Shown here: positions 29,888-40,432 of the stretch, piece after piece
How the letters are laid out: every line of letters starts with the position of its first letter
How positions within the stretch are numbered: the stretch's first letter is position 1
NCBI GenBank assembly: GCA_963793095.1
Contig: CAWBYY010000008.1
Span: 10,644 to 74,643, forward strand
Length of the DNA: 64,000 bases
Direction: 5' to 3'
From: an uncultured Chloroflexia bacterium
GTDB lineage: Bacteria; Chloroflexota; Anaerolineae; Anaerolineales; UBA4823
Notes under the pieces: generated by a model
What the model saw: only the letters and a program-made list of their open reading frames with translations
What the model was told of the DNA's origin: nothing
Databases searched by the model: none
Position numbers and translations under genes: made by a program

Positions 29888-32548
29888 ATGAATACAATTA
29901 TTAAGTTTCTTCGAAAGTTTGTCCGTTTCCTCGTTGTCTGGTTTGTGGACACCGTGGCGCTGCTGATAACAGCCCGGATAATGCCCGGAATCAGCTTCCA
30001 GACAGATGGTGAAGTCTCAGTATACGTGGTGGCGACCGCGGCCGCGTTACTGCTAGGGATTGTTAACCTGCTGGTGCGCCCATTACTCCTGCTGATCGCG
30101 ATGCCCCTGGGATGGATGGTGGTATTTGGGTTGGGCTTTTTTATCAACGCGATCACGTTAAAGATCACCTCCGGACTGATGGCAGGTTTTACGGTGGACA
30201 CCTGGCTGGAAGCTTTTATCGGGGGCCTGCTGCTGTCCTTTGTAAATATGGTCCTGATCGAGCTGCTGAATATCGATAATGACGAGTCCTTTTATGCAAA
30301 TCTGGCCCTGCGCCAGGCTTCAAAAGAAGCGGTTGTTGAAAAAGGGGAGACCCGGCGCGGGCTGGTTATGCTGGAAATCGACGGTTTGAGCTACCACCAT
30401 ATCAAGAAGGCGGTTGAAGACGGCTATATGCCGACCATAAAGCGTTTAATCGACGAGGACGGATACCGGATTTCGCGGGTGGACTGCGGGCTCCCCTCCT
30501 CCACGCCTGCCTGCCAGGCCGGGATCCTGCAGGGCAATAACGACAATATGCCCGCCTTCCGCTGGCTGGACAAGGAAAACAACCGCATGATGGCGGGCGG
30601 TCTCCAGATGGCAGAACTGGAACCGGTCCTGTCGAACGGAAAAGGTCTGCTGGAGGGCGGCACCTCCATCTCGAACATGTTCAGCGGGGATGCAGATAAG
30701 GCGATGCTGACTATGACAAAAATGAAAGCCGGCACAGAAGAGGAAAAGAAGAAGCGCGCCCGGGATATGTACCTGTTGATGAGGAACCCGTATTTCTTCA
30801 TGCGGGTGCTGGTGTTGTTCTTTGCGGATGTGTTCCGGGAGTTGTGGCAGTACTGGCAGCAGTCCCGCAAGGATGTGCAGCCGCGCCTGAACCGCCTGCA
30901 TAAAGGTTATCCGGTTCTGCGGGCGGCGACCAATGTTTTCCTGAGGGATGTCAGCGCCTATCTTACGATCCTGGAGATCGTGCGCGGGGTGCCCGCCATC
31001 TATACCCTTTTTGCCGGTTATGATGAAGTCGCCCACCATTCCGGCCCGTGGACGAAGGATGCCATGGGGGTTTTGAATCACTTCGACCGGACAATATCCA
31101 AAATCCTGGTGGTAGTTGAAAGATTTGCGCCCCGGCCATACGAGTTTATCCTGCTCTCCGACCACGGGCAGTCGTTTGGAGCCACATTCGAGCAGCGTTA
31201 TGGAGTGTCGATCACCGAATTTGTTGGAAGCCTGCTTCCTGAAGGCACCCAGACTGCGGAAACCGGCGGGGGCGATGACGGCACGATCGGGGTGGCGGCA
31301 ATGATGAACGAAATGGAAAATATGCAGGATGAAGACGTGAGCGGCAGGCTGGGTTCGGCGGTGGTAAAAGGTACCCAGAGCGCCCTCAGGAGCAACCTGG
31401 AGCAGCAGACGGGTGAGCAGGAGGTCCAGCCCGCAAACATGATTCTCTGTTACAGCGGCAACCTGGCCCAGGTGTATTTTGACCTGCAGCCGCGTAAACT
31501 CAGCCTGACCGAACTCAACGAAGCTTTCCCGGGAATGGTCGATGCGGTGATGGCGCACGAAGGAGTGGGCATTGTGGTTGCTTATGAAGATAGCGGCGAG
31601 CCGGTCGCCTTTGGCAAGAACGGCGCCCGCAACCTGCACACCGGCGATATCGTCGGTGAAGACCCCCTGGAGCAGTACGGCGACCCGGAACTGCGGGCGT
31701 GGCAGCTGCGCCGGGTGGTCGATTTCCCCCATTCCGGGGACCTGACCCTCAACAGCCCGCTCTACCCGGACGGAACGGTTGCAGCCTACGAGGAGTTAAT
31801 TGGCAGCCATGGGGGATTGGGCGGAGAGCAAACGGATGCCTTTATTTTCCATCCCGGGGATATGGAAGTGCCGGAAACGCGCAATTCAAACGAGGTCATG
31901 GCGATCCTCAAGGCGCGGGTCGGCCTGCCGGGATCAGCCCCCAAGCCGGAAGTTGAAGAGCAGCCGCAGAAAGACCAGTGGACCCTGCCTGTTCTGTCGG
32001 CCGGCCTGGGAAGAGTGAGCAAGTGGCTGAACTATGCCTGGCAGGCAGTTACGCTGAACCGGGATGCCTACCGTGAAATTGGAAAGGATATCTACATGAC
32101 AGGCCCGGCGCTGCTGATTGCTGTGATTGCCCAGGCTGTTCAATCCTACTTCAATGAGGGCGGGTTTGACGCGGTTGATTTGCTGCTCAGAATAGTAACA
32201 TGGTTGATCGCAGCCCTGGTGCTTTTCATGTCTGCCCATGTGCTGAGGGGCAGGCAGGATTTCACAACAACCATGCGTGTGGCTGGTTTCGCCCAGAGCG
32301 CCCACATCCTTGAACTGCTTAGATTTATCCCAGTGGTTGGCGACCTGGCCCGTTTGATCGCAGTGGTGCTGGCTGTTATCGGGACCTGGGTAGGAACCGC
32401 CGCCGCCCAAGAGCTTAAAGGCTGGCGCACAATCCTGCTGCCGGTCCTGTTTATAATCGTCGTCATTATTGGCAGTGTCTTTATGGAATCCGTGATTGAA
32501 GGCGCAGCTTTAACGATTGAAGGACTCCTGGCTGAGTTTGGGCTCTGA
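29888..32548 (+). CDS. Holin-superfamily-IV membrane domain + alkaline-phosphatase/phosphodiesterase domain + Yip1-like domain fusion
   Basis: N-terminal LGIVNLLVRPLL...FFINA; IDGL, SSTPACQAG, YDEVAHH, SDHGQ and GSHGG metal motifs; C-terminal 5-TM Yip1-like region. Confidence 0.85.
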   Translation: MNTIIKFLRKFVRFLVVWFVDTVALLITARIMPGISFQTDGEVSVYVVATAAALLLGIVNLLVRPLLLLIAMPLGWMVVFGLGFFINAITLKITSGLMAGFTVDTWLEAFIGGLLLSFVNMVLIELLNIDNDESFYANLALRQASKEAVVEKGETRRGLVMLEIDGLSYHHIKKAVEDGYMPTIKRLIDEDGYRISRVDCGLPSSTPACQAGILQGNNDNMPAFRWLDKENNRMMAGGLQMAELEPVLSNGKGLLEGGTSISNMFSGDADKAMLTMTKMKAGTEEEKKKRARDMYLLMRNPYFFMRVLVLFFADVFRELWQYWQQSRKDVQPRLNRLHKGYPVLRAATNVFLRDVSAYLTILEIVRGVPAIYTLFAGYDEVAHHSGPWTKDAMGVLNHFDRTISKILVVVERFAPRPYEFILLSDHGQSFGATFEQRYGVSITEFVGSLLPEGTQTAETGGGDDGTIGVAAMMNEMENMQDEDVSGRLGSAVVKGTQSALRSNLEQQTGEQEVQPANMILCYSGNLAQVYFDLQPRKLSLTELNEAFPGMVDAVMAHEGVGIVVAYEDSGEPVAFGKNGARNLHTGDIVGEDPLEQYGDPELRAWQLRRVVDFPHSGDLTLNSPLYPDGTVAAYEELIGSHGGLGGEQTDAFIFHPGDMEVPETRNSNEVMAILKARVGLPGSAPKPEVEEQPQKDQWTLPVLSAGLGRVSKWLNYAWQAVTLNRDAYREIGKDIYMTGPALLIAVIAQAVQSYFNEGGFDAVDLLLRIVTWLIAALVLFMSAHVLRGRQDFTTTMRVAGFAQSAHILELLRFIPVVGDLARLIAVVLAVIGTWVGTAAAQELKGWRTILLPVLFIIVVIIGSVFMESVIEGAALTIEGLLAEFGL

Positions 32549-32786
32549 TCCGGTTATATCACCGGCCAGACTTTTATTATTTACGGCGGGCGGTTAGCCG
32601 GCCAGAAGCCCTGGAAAGTGCTGTCTGGCGATACGGTAATTTAAGCAGAGCGGAATGAATTTTCATGAATGGAAAATCGGACCTGCTTTAAAGCCGGGCA
32701 CATGCAGGATTATCCAGTTGTTATTGTGTTCGCTCCCAAGGCGGGGGCTTTAAGTTAACCCCAATCCAACCCTTTAATTAAAAAGA

Positions 32787-32843
32787 TCATCCTGAGCTTG
32801 AATAAATTTCATCTCGCGGGAGGTTTTTCAAAGCTCAGGATGA
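32787..32843. repeat. REP-like inverted repeat TCATCCTGAGCTT...AAGCTCAGGATGA
   Basis: 13-bp perfect inverted repeat between convergent genes. Confidence 0.65.
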
Positions 32844-32901
32844 CTGGTTTATGTGTTTTAGCTGGCTTATTTTTGGGGACATTACCCCGGACCGGTTTGA
32901 A

Positions 32902-33603
32902 TCAGGAGTTGCTTCCCGGCTCTGGGAGGGGCTGCTGCGGTCCTCTCCAGGGACGCCGGGGCAGATCAACATCCGGGCAGATTTCCTTGAATGGTGTCCC
33001 TTCCTTTAATTGTTCTCTGAGCTCTTCCACCGAAAAGCCGCACTCGTCAGCCAGCTTTTCAAGAGCCAGTCCTTTTAACCAGGGGGGACTCAAGCGCAGG
33101 CGCGGGGCTGGACGTCTTGTAATCTCAATCCCCTGCTCTTCGGCGATTTCTTTAATGGTCATGCCGCTGTCGAGCTTTTCCTTAAGCTGTTCTTTTGTTA
33201 GGCCGAGCCTTTCCAGAAGGGCATCGAGGCGATCGCCGCGCTGTTCAACCCGTCTTTCATGACGGTTAGTGATCCTTCCCGCCTGTTCTTCAGTGATCAG
33301 CCCTTCCCCGACTGCTTGATCCAGGGCTCCCTGGAAAACCTGGGGCATCTTCTGGCGAATATCTTCATCTGACCAACCTGCATCTCGAGCGATTTTCACC
33401 AGGCGGATTTTACCGGCGACCAGCTCCTGGACTTCCTGGAGGTCGAGGCCGAACACCTGGGCGAAAAACTCCAGGACCAACTCTTTCAGCGTGCCTCTCT
33501 CTGGCTGATCCGGCTGGGGTTCCTGGGCGAAGGCCGGGCTGAAAGCCGCCATTGTGACCGCTATAACGGCTAAAATAATCAATATTCTGGTGTTCCTGTT
33601 CAT
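32902..33603 (-). CDS. Secreted helical hypothetical protein
   Basis: Signal peptide (..SPAFA|Q); repeated LGLT.EQL...L..G.TI.EIA units and a AV.EG.IT.EQA motif. Confidence 0.78.
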   Translation of the reverse strand: MNRNTRILIILAVIAVTMAAFSPAFAQEPQPDQPERGTLKELVLEFFAQVFGLDLQEVQELVAGKIRLVKIARDAGWSDEDIRQKMPQVFQGALDQAVGEGLITEEQAGRITNRHERRVEQRGDRLDALLERLGLTKEQLKEKLDSGMTIKEIAEEQGIEITRRPAPRLRLSPPWLKGLALEKLADECGFSVEELREQLKEGTPFKEICPDVDLPRRPWRGPQQPLPEPGSNS

Positions 33604-33646
33604 TTTTGGACCTCTTTATTTTTACATAAATTTTTCCTGCATGGTC

Positions 33647-33678
33647 AGGATATCAGGGGATTGTGAATTAATTATGAA
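33647..33678 (-). promoter_or_regulatory. Putative OmpR-family box plus -10 element
   Basis: Minus strand TTCATAAT-N3-TTCACAAT-N7-TATCCT; same geometry as 35792-35823. Confidence 0.55.
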
Positions 33679-33717
33679 TAACTCTGGTTAATAATTTAAA
33701 GGATTTTCCCAATATCT

Positions 33718-35062
33718 CTACACCGGGAGCCAGAAGGTAAAAACTGCCCCATCCCCGGGCTGGCTTGCGACGCGAATATCGCCTCCATGCGCCTGTACCA
33801 GTGATTTAGCGATCGCCAGGCCCAAGCCCGAACCGCCTTCTTCTCGCTGGCGGGACCTGTCCCCCCGGTAAAAGCGGTCGAATACATGCGGCAGGTCCTC
33901 GGCCGAGATGCCCTGACCGGTGTTCGCGACGCTTATTTCAACGGACTGCTGGTGTCCAATGGCGGAAAGTGTAATCGCCCCGCCTCCAGGGGTGTAGCGG
34001 ATGGCATTGCTGATAAGGTTGTCCAGCACCTGCTTGATGCGGTCCGGGTCAAGGTGTACTTCCGGAGGGAACCGGTCGAGACGGTATATAAGGGAGATGT
34101 CCTTTTCAGATGCGGGTTCTGAAAAGGTGTCAACGCAGGAGGCCAGCAGGTTTTCGATCGAGGCAGACCGGCGTTCAAGCTGCAGTTCGCCCGTATCGGA
34201 TAACGACAGCAGGCGCAGGTCTTCAACCAGGCGGTTGATGCGCCTGGCTTCCTGGTATATCACCCGGTAAACCTGGGGGGAGGGCTCCAGCATTCCTTCA
34301 GCAAGGGTCTCAGCCCGCCCGAGGATAATGCTGAGCGGGGTACGCAGCTCGTGGGCGATGTCGGCTGTCATCTGGCGGCGCAGCTGGCGCGAACGGTCCA
34401 GCTCTGCGATCATCCGGTTGAACGCGGCGGTTAACTGGCCCACTTCATCGCCGGATTCAACCGGGACCTTTGAGCTCAACTGGCCGTCTGCTACAGACTG
34501 GATTGCGGAAGTGAGCCTGGCAAGCTGGCTGGTAAGGCGGCGGGAGAGGAAAAAGCCCAGCCCGACCGAGATAGCCAGCGCGATCAGGCCACCCCATACC
34601 AGGGCGAGGTTGATCTGCCTGGAAAACCTGGCCGCGACCTGGTTGAGGGCTGCCAGCCTGGTGGTGGGGGTGATCAGGGTGCCAACAACCTGGCCGTCAA
34701 CCTCAAGCGGTATACCCTGGCGGATCAAACGGGGCGGCACTGTCCTGCCGAGCGGGATTGTCCTGCTTGGATACAGCACCCTGCCGTTTAAATCGATAAC
34801 AGCCACATTGCGGGGGGGAAGGTTGGGGGTTGATGCGAGGATCAGCTTTCCGAGGTTCACGCGGATCAATCCCCTCCCAGCCTTTGTTAGAGCGGTATAA
34901 ATCAGCGAGTTCATCCAGCAGGGCGCTCTCGTTCTGGGTGTTGAGGAAATTCCTGAAACTCCTCTGGGTGATCTGGCTGGCGAAGACCGCCACCAATACA
35001 ATGGCAAGCAGGCTGGCGGCTGCAAACGCGGCGGTATACTTGAAGGTTAATGAGCGGAACAT
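33718..35062 (-). CDS. HAMP sensor histidine kinase (BaeS-like), frameshifted near the G7 run at ~34815
   Basis: ORFs 34703-35062 and 33718-35025 together give two TM helices, HAMP, IAHELRTPL, NAIRY and GGSGLGLAI. Confidence 0.88.
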
Positions 35063-35067
35063 GGTTT

Positions 35068-35759
35068 TCAGTCCGGCGGGGCGCCTGCCAGGCGGTATCC
35101 GACTCCGTAAACAGTTTCGATGCAGCAGGGGTTGTGCGGGTCTTCTTCGATCTTGTTTCGCAGGTTTTTGACATGGACGTCAATTGTGCGTTCATAACCC
35201 TGGACATAGCCGCCCTGCATCTTTTCCAGCAGTTCGCCCCGTGAGAAAACCCGCCCGGGAGCGGACATCAATACCGCCAGAAGGTCGAATTCAGAGCGGG
35301 TCAGTTCGACCGGACGGCCATCCACTTCGACCCGGCGGCTCTGGTAATCCAGGAAAAGCCCGGCAACCCTCAGGTTGCGGGTCTTTTCGGTGGGGCTTTT
35401 TGCCCTGCGCAGCAGCGCCTCAACCCTGGCAACCAGCTCCGCGGGCTGAATGGTTTCGTTATGTAATCATCGGCGCCCATCCGCAAGCCGAGAACTTTTT
35501 CTTCTTCCTCTACCTTTGCGGTGAGAAGGATAATAGGTGTATCACGCTCGCGGCGGTGCTGGCGGATAAATTCGTAACCGTCCATTTCGGGCATCATAAT
35601 ATCAAGGATAATCAGGTCAGGTTTTCCCTGGCGGGCGGAATAAATCGCTTCCTGTCCGTTCCGGGCGCTGATCACCCGGTAACCCTCTTTGGTGAGCACA
35701 TCACTCAGCAAAGATAAAAGCTGGATTTCATCGTCAACGAGCAGGATTGTTTTTGTCAT
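35068..35759 (-). CDS. OmpR-family response regulator, frameshifted near 35440
   Basis: LVDDE, LDIMMP and KPFSPR; restoring one G gives ELVARVEALLRR, leading into the wHTH (RTIDVHVKNLR..IETVYGVGY). Confidence 0.9.
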
Positions 35760-35791
35760 CTTTATTTCTTGGGAGTTGATACTCCGGATGT

Positions 35792-35823
35792 ACTATAGCA
35801 GGTGATTGTGTGGAAATTGTGAA
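35792..35823 (-). promoter_or_regulatory. Putative OmpR-family box plus -10 element (autoregulatory)
   Basis: Minus strand TTCACAAT-N3-CACACAAT-N7-TATAGT. Confidence 0.55.
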
Positions 35824-35989
35824 GGAATTAAAAAGGAATTATAAATAACCCTGGCCTCTAACAGCAATTTAAAATAGATTTGGACTCTCCCTGGGATGCT
35901 AACTTATCCAGAGGTCTTCGTCAAGTTTTTTGGTTTGAATATTCGCTGGTTGTATAATAATCAGGCGCAATCGATGGGAAGGGATAATA

Positions 35990-36826
35990 ATGGTGGTCAA
36001 TCCAGCAGATTACGAATTAAATACGAACAGAATTTTGCGGATATATTCTCTGATCGATCTAATGAGGGAACCTATAATCTGGAACGCCATCCGGGAGTTA
36101 AAAATCCTGCTGGGCAGCCGGGGCCTTGATGCTGGATGCGGGATAGGGAGTAATACACTTTTATTGGCAGAAGCTGTCGCCACAGGTGGGCATGTAACCG
36201 GACTTGACCTGTCTTTTGAATTTATTTCAGTCGCTGAAAAAAGGGCCCAGAAAGCTGGCTGTGCTGGGAAGGTAACCTTTCAGCAGGGAGATGTCCGGGA
36301 TATTCCCTTTGAAGAAAATACTTTCGATTGGGCTTGGAGCATGGATTTAGTTGGATATGCCTCTATGGATATGCTTCCCTTACTCAGGGAATTGATCAGG
36401 GTTATTAAACCTGGCGGTAAATTAGCGGTCTTGGCGTGGTCTTCTGAAGAATTACTCCCTGGTCATCCTCGGTTGGAAGCCCGCCTGAGCGCGACAAACT
36501 CGGGGATAGCACCATTTGTCCATGGCAACGCCCCCAAAACGCATTTTCTGCGAACTTTGGGTTGGTTCAAACAATCTGGATTGATAATGAATAAAGCCCA
36601 AACATTTATTAAGGATGTACAGGCGCCTTTGGATCAGGATACTAAGCTTGGATTGCAGGCGTTATTCGAGATGCGCTGGTCTGGAGTTGAGTCCGAGCTG
36701 TCGGAAGACGATCTGGATGAATACCAACAATTTGTAAAACCAGAATCACCGGATTTTATACTTAACGAGCCTGACTATTATGCATTTTTCACATACACAA
36801 TGTTTACTGGAGAGGTGCCTGGGTGA
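35990..36826 (+). CDS. Class I SAM-dependent methyltransferase
   Basis: LDAGCGIG, VTGLDLS, GDVRDIPFEENTFD and RVIKPGG motifs. Confidence 0.9.
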   Translation: MVVNPADYELNTNRILRIYSLIDLMREPIIWNAIRELKILLGSRGLDAGCGIGSNTLLLAEAVATGGHVTGLDLSFEFISVAEKRAQKAGCAGKVTFQQGDVRDIPFEENTFDWAWSMDLVGYASMDMLPLLRELIRVIKPGGKLAVLAWSSEELLPGHPRLEARLSATNSGIAPFVHGNAPKTHFLRTLGWFKQSGLIMNKAQTFIKDVQAPLDQDTKLGLQALFEMRWSGVESELSEDDLDEYQQFVKPESPDFILNEPDYYAFFTYTMFTGEVPG

Positions 36827-36869
36827 GGGTAATAATTCCCAATTATTAGATGAACCTCAGGAGAAGAAT

Positions 36870-37301
36870 ATGATGGTGGAAATCCCTGATTCATTTCTTG
36901 ATTTAATCAACGGTCCGATTTCCGCGGCTTTCACAACGGTGATGCCGGATGGGCAGCCGCAGACAACGGTAGTGTGGTGCAACTACGACGGCGAGTATAT
37001 CCTGGTCAATACAATGAGCAGGTTTCAAAAAGCCAGGAATATGCGCCGAGACCCTAAAGTGACTCTGTTTGCTTATGAAAGCAGGAATATGCTGCGTTAT
37101 ATCGAAGTGCGCGGGAGGGTGGTGGCGATGACCGAAGATGGAGCGCTCGAGCACCTGGACCAGCTGGCCGAGTTGTATGTTGGCAAGTCGCCTTATTTCG
37201 GGGAAGTAATCCCGGCTGAATGGAAGGATAAGGAAACCCCGGTGCTTTGTAAGATCAAACCGGTGAAGGTGGTCGCCAAGGATTTTTCGGAGGAGAAATA
37301 A
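36870..37301 (+). CDS. PPOX-class F420-dependent oxidoreductase
   Basis: TTVMPDGQPQTTVVW, QKARNMRRDPKVT and YIEVRG motifs. Confidence 0.88.
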   Translation: MMVEIPDSFLDLINGPISAAFTTVMPDGQPQTTVVWCNYDGEYILVNTMSRFQKARNMRRDPKVTLFAYESRNMLRYIEVRGRVVAMTEDGALEHLDQLAELYVGKSPYFGEVIPAEWKDKETPVLCKIKPVKVVAKDFSEEK

Positions 37302-37686
37302 TTCCTCTATGTTATTCTGAAGCCGAAGGTTGAAGAATCTAAATTTTTTCGATGAATAAGTGTTAAATCTATATTTTAACCAATGTAAAAAACCAATGAT
37401 GCAATTTTTCAGGAGAAGTAAGTTTTAAATGGGATTTAAAAAAAGGAAATTGAGTTGATTGAATTAGTCAATTTGGAATGGGAAGATCTGAGTGATGAAT
37501 GGCATTAGTAACGAGACTTCCTCGCTTGCCTTCGGCATGCTATGCAACGCTCAGAGTGATAAATGTTTGAGTGAAATAATGATGGAACAAAGCTTAGGCA
37601 GTAGTCTACCACTTATCCAAAAAATCGCTTTGTCGGCAAAAGCCTGCTCGCGATGACACAATAAATTATATGAGTGGAGAAAAACT

Positions 37687-38108
37687 TTGTCAGTTAAGAT
37701 ACCTTCTTCCCACATTGATTTGATCGTAGAACCTATCTGCGCAGTATTGACCACCATGATGCCGGACGGGCAGCCGCAGTCAAGCCTGGTATGGTGTGAT
37801 TATGATGGCGAACATGTGCGGGTGAACACTACCCGCGAAAGACAGAAAGGCAAGAACATGGCCAGGAATCCCAGGGTGTCCCTGCTCGTGATCGACATGC
37901 ATGATTCCAGCCGCTGGATTGAAGTGCGGGGCGAGGTTAAGTAAGCGAGGAAGGCGCACTGGAGCACCTTGACGAAATTACCAGGCAATACACTAATCAT
38001 CCATGCTATTATGGATACGTTTACCCGGAGGATCAAAGGGAGCAAGAGACACGCATAATCTGCAGAATAAAACCAGCCAAAATTAATCTGGATGCGATCC
38101 ATAAATAA
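37687..38108 (+). CDS. Second PPOX-class F420-dependent oxidoreductase, frameshifted at ~37941
   Basis: 37687-37944 (TMMPDGQPQSSLVW...WIEVRGEV) continues in the -1 frame as SEEGALEHLDEITRQYT...CRIKPAKINLDAIHK*. Confidence 0.82.
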
Positions 38109-38265
38109 TGTTACCTTATTCCACAAGAAGGGTGTCCATCCAATATCAATTTAAAGCTTCGTAATTCAAGTGAAAGTTACAATGTTAATTCCTGAACGTC
38201 CGCCAAATATTCTGCTATTGGAAAATGATCACAGAAAGTTTCATAATATATTGAGGAGGGGAAAA

Positions 38266-39003
38266 ATGAATTCTAAGGAAATTTTGGCGATTATTGTTCT
38301 TGTTTTCACCATATTTGCCTGCAGTTTACCTGATATGTCTTCATTGTTGCCACAATCCATTTCGGTATCGGGAAACGCAATTACCAGGGAGGAAGCAATA
38401 ACAGACTTCGACAGTGTCGATGTCAGCGCTTCATTCGAAGTTCAAATTCAACAGGCTGATGAATATCAAGTAATTCTCCGTGTTGATGACAATTTAGAAG
38501 AGTATCTTCAGGTTGAAAAAGCCGGCAACACATTAAAAATTGGATTGAAACCAAATCTCTCTATCCAGGGCAGTGCTACATTGGAAGCAAAAATCATGAT
38601 GCCGGAGTTGGTTGGAATAGACTTGAGCGGCGCAAGCAATGCCAATATTTCAGGTTTTTCATCCAGTCAAAACCTGGTTTTAGATCTGTCCGGCTCCAGT
38701 TCTCTGAAAGGGGATATTGAGGTAGGCGATGCCAGGATGGATATATCCGGAAGCAGTGATATCTATTTGTCAGGTACAGGCGGGAATCTGATCCTGGATG
38801 CCTCCGGCAGCAGCGAAGTTGACCTGAGTGAGTTTCAGGTCAAAGATGCCAACCTGGATGTAAGCGGGGCGAGTTCTGTAACTGTAAATTCGGGCGGTAC
38901 TCTGAACGTGATCGCCAGCGGCGCGTCAGAAGTATTTTATCTGGGCGATCCAACTTTTGGCAGGGTTGACACCTCAGGCTCCTCAAATATCCAGGCAAGA
39001 TAA
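38266..39003 (+). CDS. DUF2807 (head GIN domain) lipoprotein
   Basis: Lipobox IFAC, VDDNLEEYL and repeated xSGxS beta-helix motifs. Confidence 0.87.
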   Translation: MNSKEILAIIVLVFTIFACSLPDMSSLLPQSISVSGNAITREEAITDFDSVDVSASFEVQIQQADEYQVILRVDDNLEEYLQVEKAGNTLKIGLKPNLSIQGSATLEAKIMMPELVGIDLSGASNANISGFSSSQNLVLDLSGSSSLKGDIEVGDARMDISGSSDIYLSGTGGNLILDASGSSEVDLSEFQVKDANLDVSGASSVTVNSGGTLNVIASGASEVFYLGDPTFGRVDTSGSSNIQAR

Positions 39004-39074
39004 TTATGTGATTTTCGATCATGCATGCATTGCAGAATATAGAAATTTTTATTTAATTCTTGCCGGTGAAATCT

Positions 39075-39095
39075 GCTTGTATCAACGATACAAGC
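39075..39095. promoter_or_regulatory. Perfect inverted repeat, candidate operator
   Basis: GCTTGTATC-AAC-GATACAAGC, 60 nt upstream of the acyltransferase ATG. Confidence 0.4.
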
Positions 39096-39154
39096 GTTCC
39101 GTGATTATTTTGCCAACATGATCGAAACCAGATCAGTTGAAGGAGGAATGAACC

Positions 39155-40382
39155 ATGAAAGAACGCAGGTACGATATAGACTGGCTGCGAGTAATAGCCA
39201 TGCTGGCAATATTTTTTTATCACTGCGCCCGCTTTTTTGGCACAGAAGGCTGGCACCTAAAAAATACTGAACAGAATGAATTAATAGTGATCGTGAGGGC
39301 AGGTTTGATCTGGATGTGGGTAATGGAATTGTTTTTTGTGCTTTCAGGGGCGGGCGCTTGGTTTGCTTTGAAATCAAGGGCGGGTGGAGAATTCCTGCTG
39401 GAAAGGGTAAAACGCTTGCTGGTGCCGCTGTATACAGTGGGTTTATTTATCCTTATCCCTCCCCAAGCTTATTTTGAAGCCGTAACCAATGGAGGATTTA
39501 CCGGAAGTTTCCGGGATTTCCTGCCCCTGTATTATAAAAGCCTGCCAGCTGAAGTTATCGGTGTCGCCCTGAGCGATTTAAATGACCCCAGCTTCCTGGT
39601 GCCATTTACTTTTTCCGGGCACCTCTGGTTTCTCCAGTATCTTTTTCTTATCTCACTTTTAACACTTCCGCTGCTCCGGTATCTAAAATCTGAAAATGGT
39701 AAACGGTGGATCGACTATATCGCCGGCTGGATGGAAAGCTGGGGCGGAATATTCATGTTTGTGATCCCCCTTGCTGTAATCATGATTTGTTTCCGGTTCC
39801 TTTTCTCAGGCGGCAGAACCTGGGCTGATTTCCTGTGGTACGCGGTTTTTTTCGTGTTTGGCTATATCATGGTTGCCGACGAACGTTTCACCAACAGCAT
39901 AAAAAGACACAGCTGGCTGTGCCTTGTTTTGTGGATTGCTGGCTTCGCGGGGATAAGTATTGTTGTATTGATTTTTGGTTACAACCCGTTTCCCGGAAAT
40001 GAGCCGTTTTCAATGATTTATGTACTTTTCCAGATTTTGTGGAGTATTACCTGTTGGAGCGCAGTTGTTTTTATGTTGAGTCTTGGTGCAAAATACTTGA
40101 ATTTCACCAATAGAACCCTTGCATACGCCAATGAGGCTGTGCTACCGTTTTATCTGCTTCACCAGACTGTCATTCTTTGCATCGGCTGGTTCGTACTCCC
40201 ATTGGCTAATGGGCATCCTGCCCAAGTACCTGATCATTGCTACCATTTCCTTTGTATTGATCATGGGGATTTATGAATTGCTCATCAGACGCTGGAATGT
40301 CGTACGATTCTTCTTTGGCATGCGGCCACAAAAGAAGCCCCCAAAGGCACCTGAGCCCAGATTGGAAGGAAGATCTACCTAA
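39155..40382 (+). CDS. Acyltransferase_3 (OpgC/MdoC-like), frameshifted at ~40202
   Basis: RRYDIDWLR, ERVKRLLVP, HLWFLQYLF and PFYLLHQ motifs; the C-terminus (YELLIRRWNVVRFFFGM) is in the next frame. Confidence 0.87.
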
Positions 40383-40432
40383 GAAAATTTTTATTAATTA
40401 CCCAAAATAAATAAAATAATGGAGGAATATCG

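Noticed and set aside
29888-30280. Prophage lysis gene (holin)
   Set aside because: It is a superfamily IV holin-like domain fused to an enzyme, with no endolysin or phage context.
30446-31732. 428-aa antisense ORF, and similar shadow ORFs (12134-12856, 26159-26917, 53941-54681)
   Set aside because: They lie opposite well-supported genes in GC-rich coding sequence and show no motifs.
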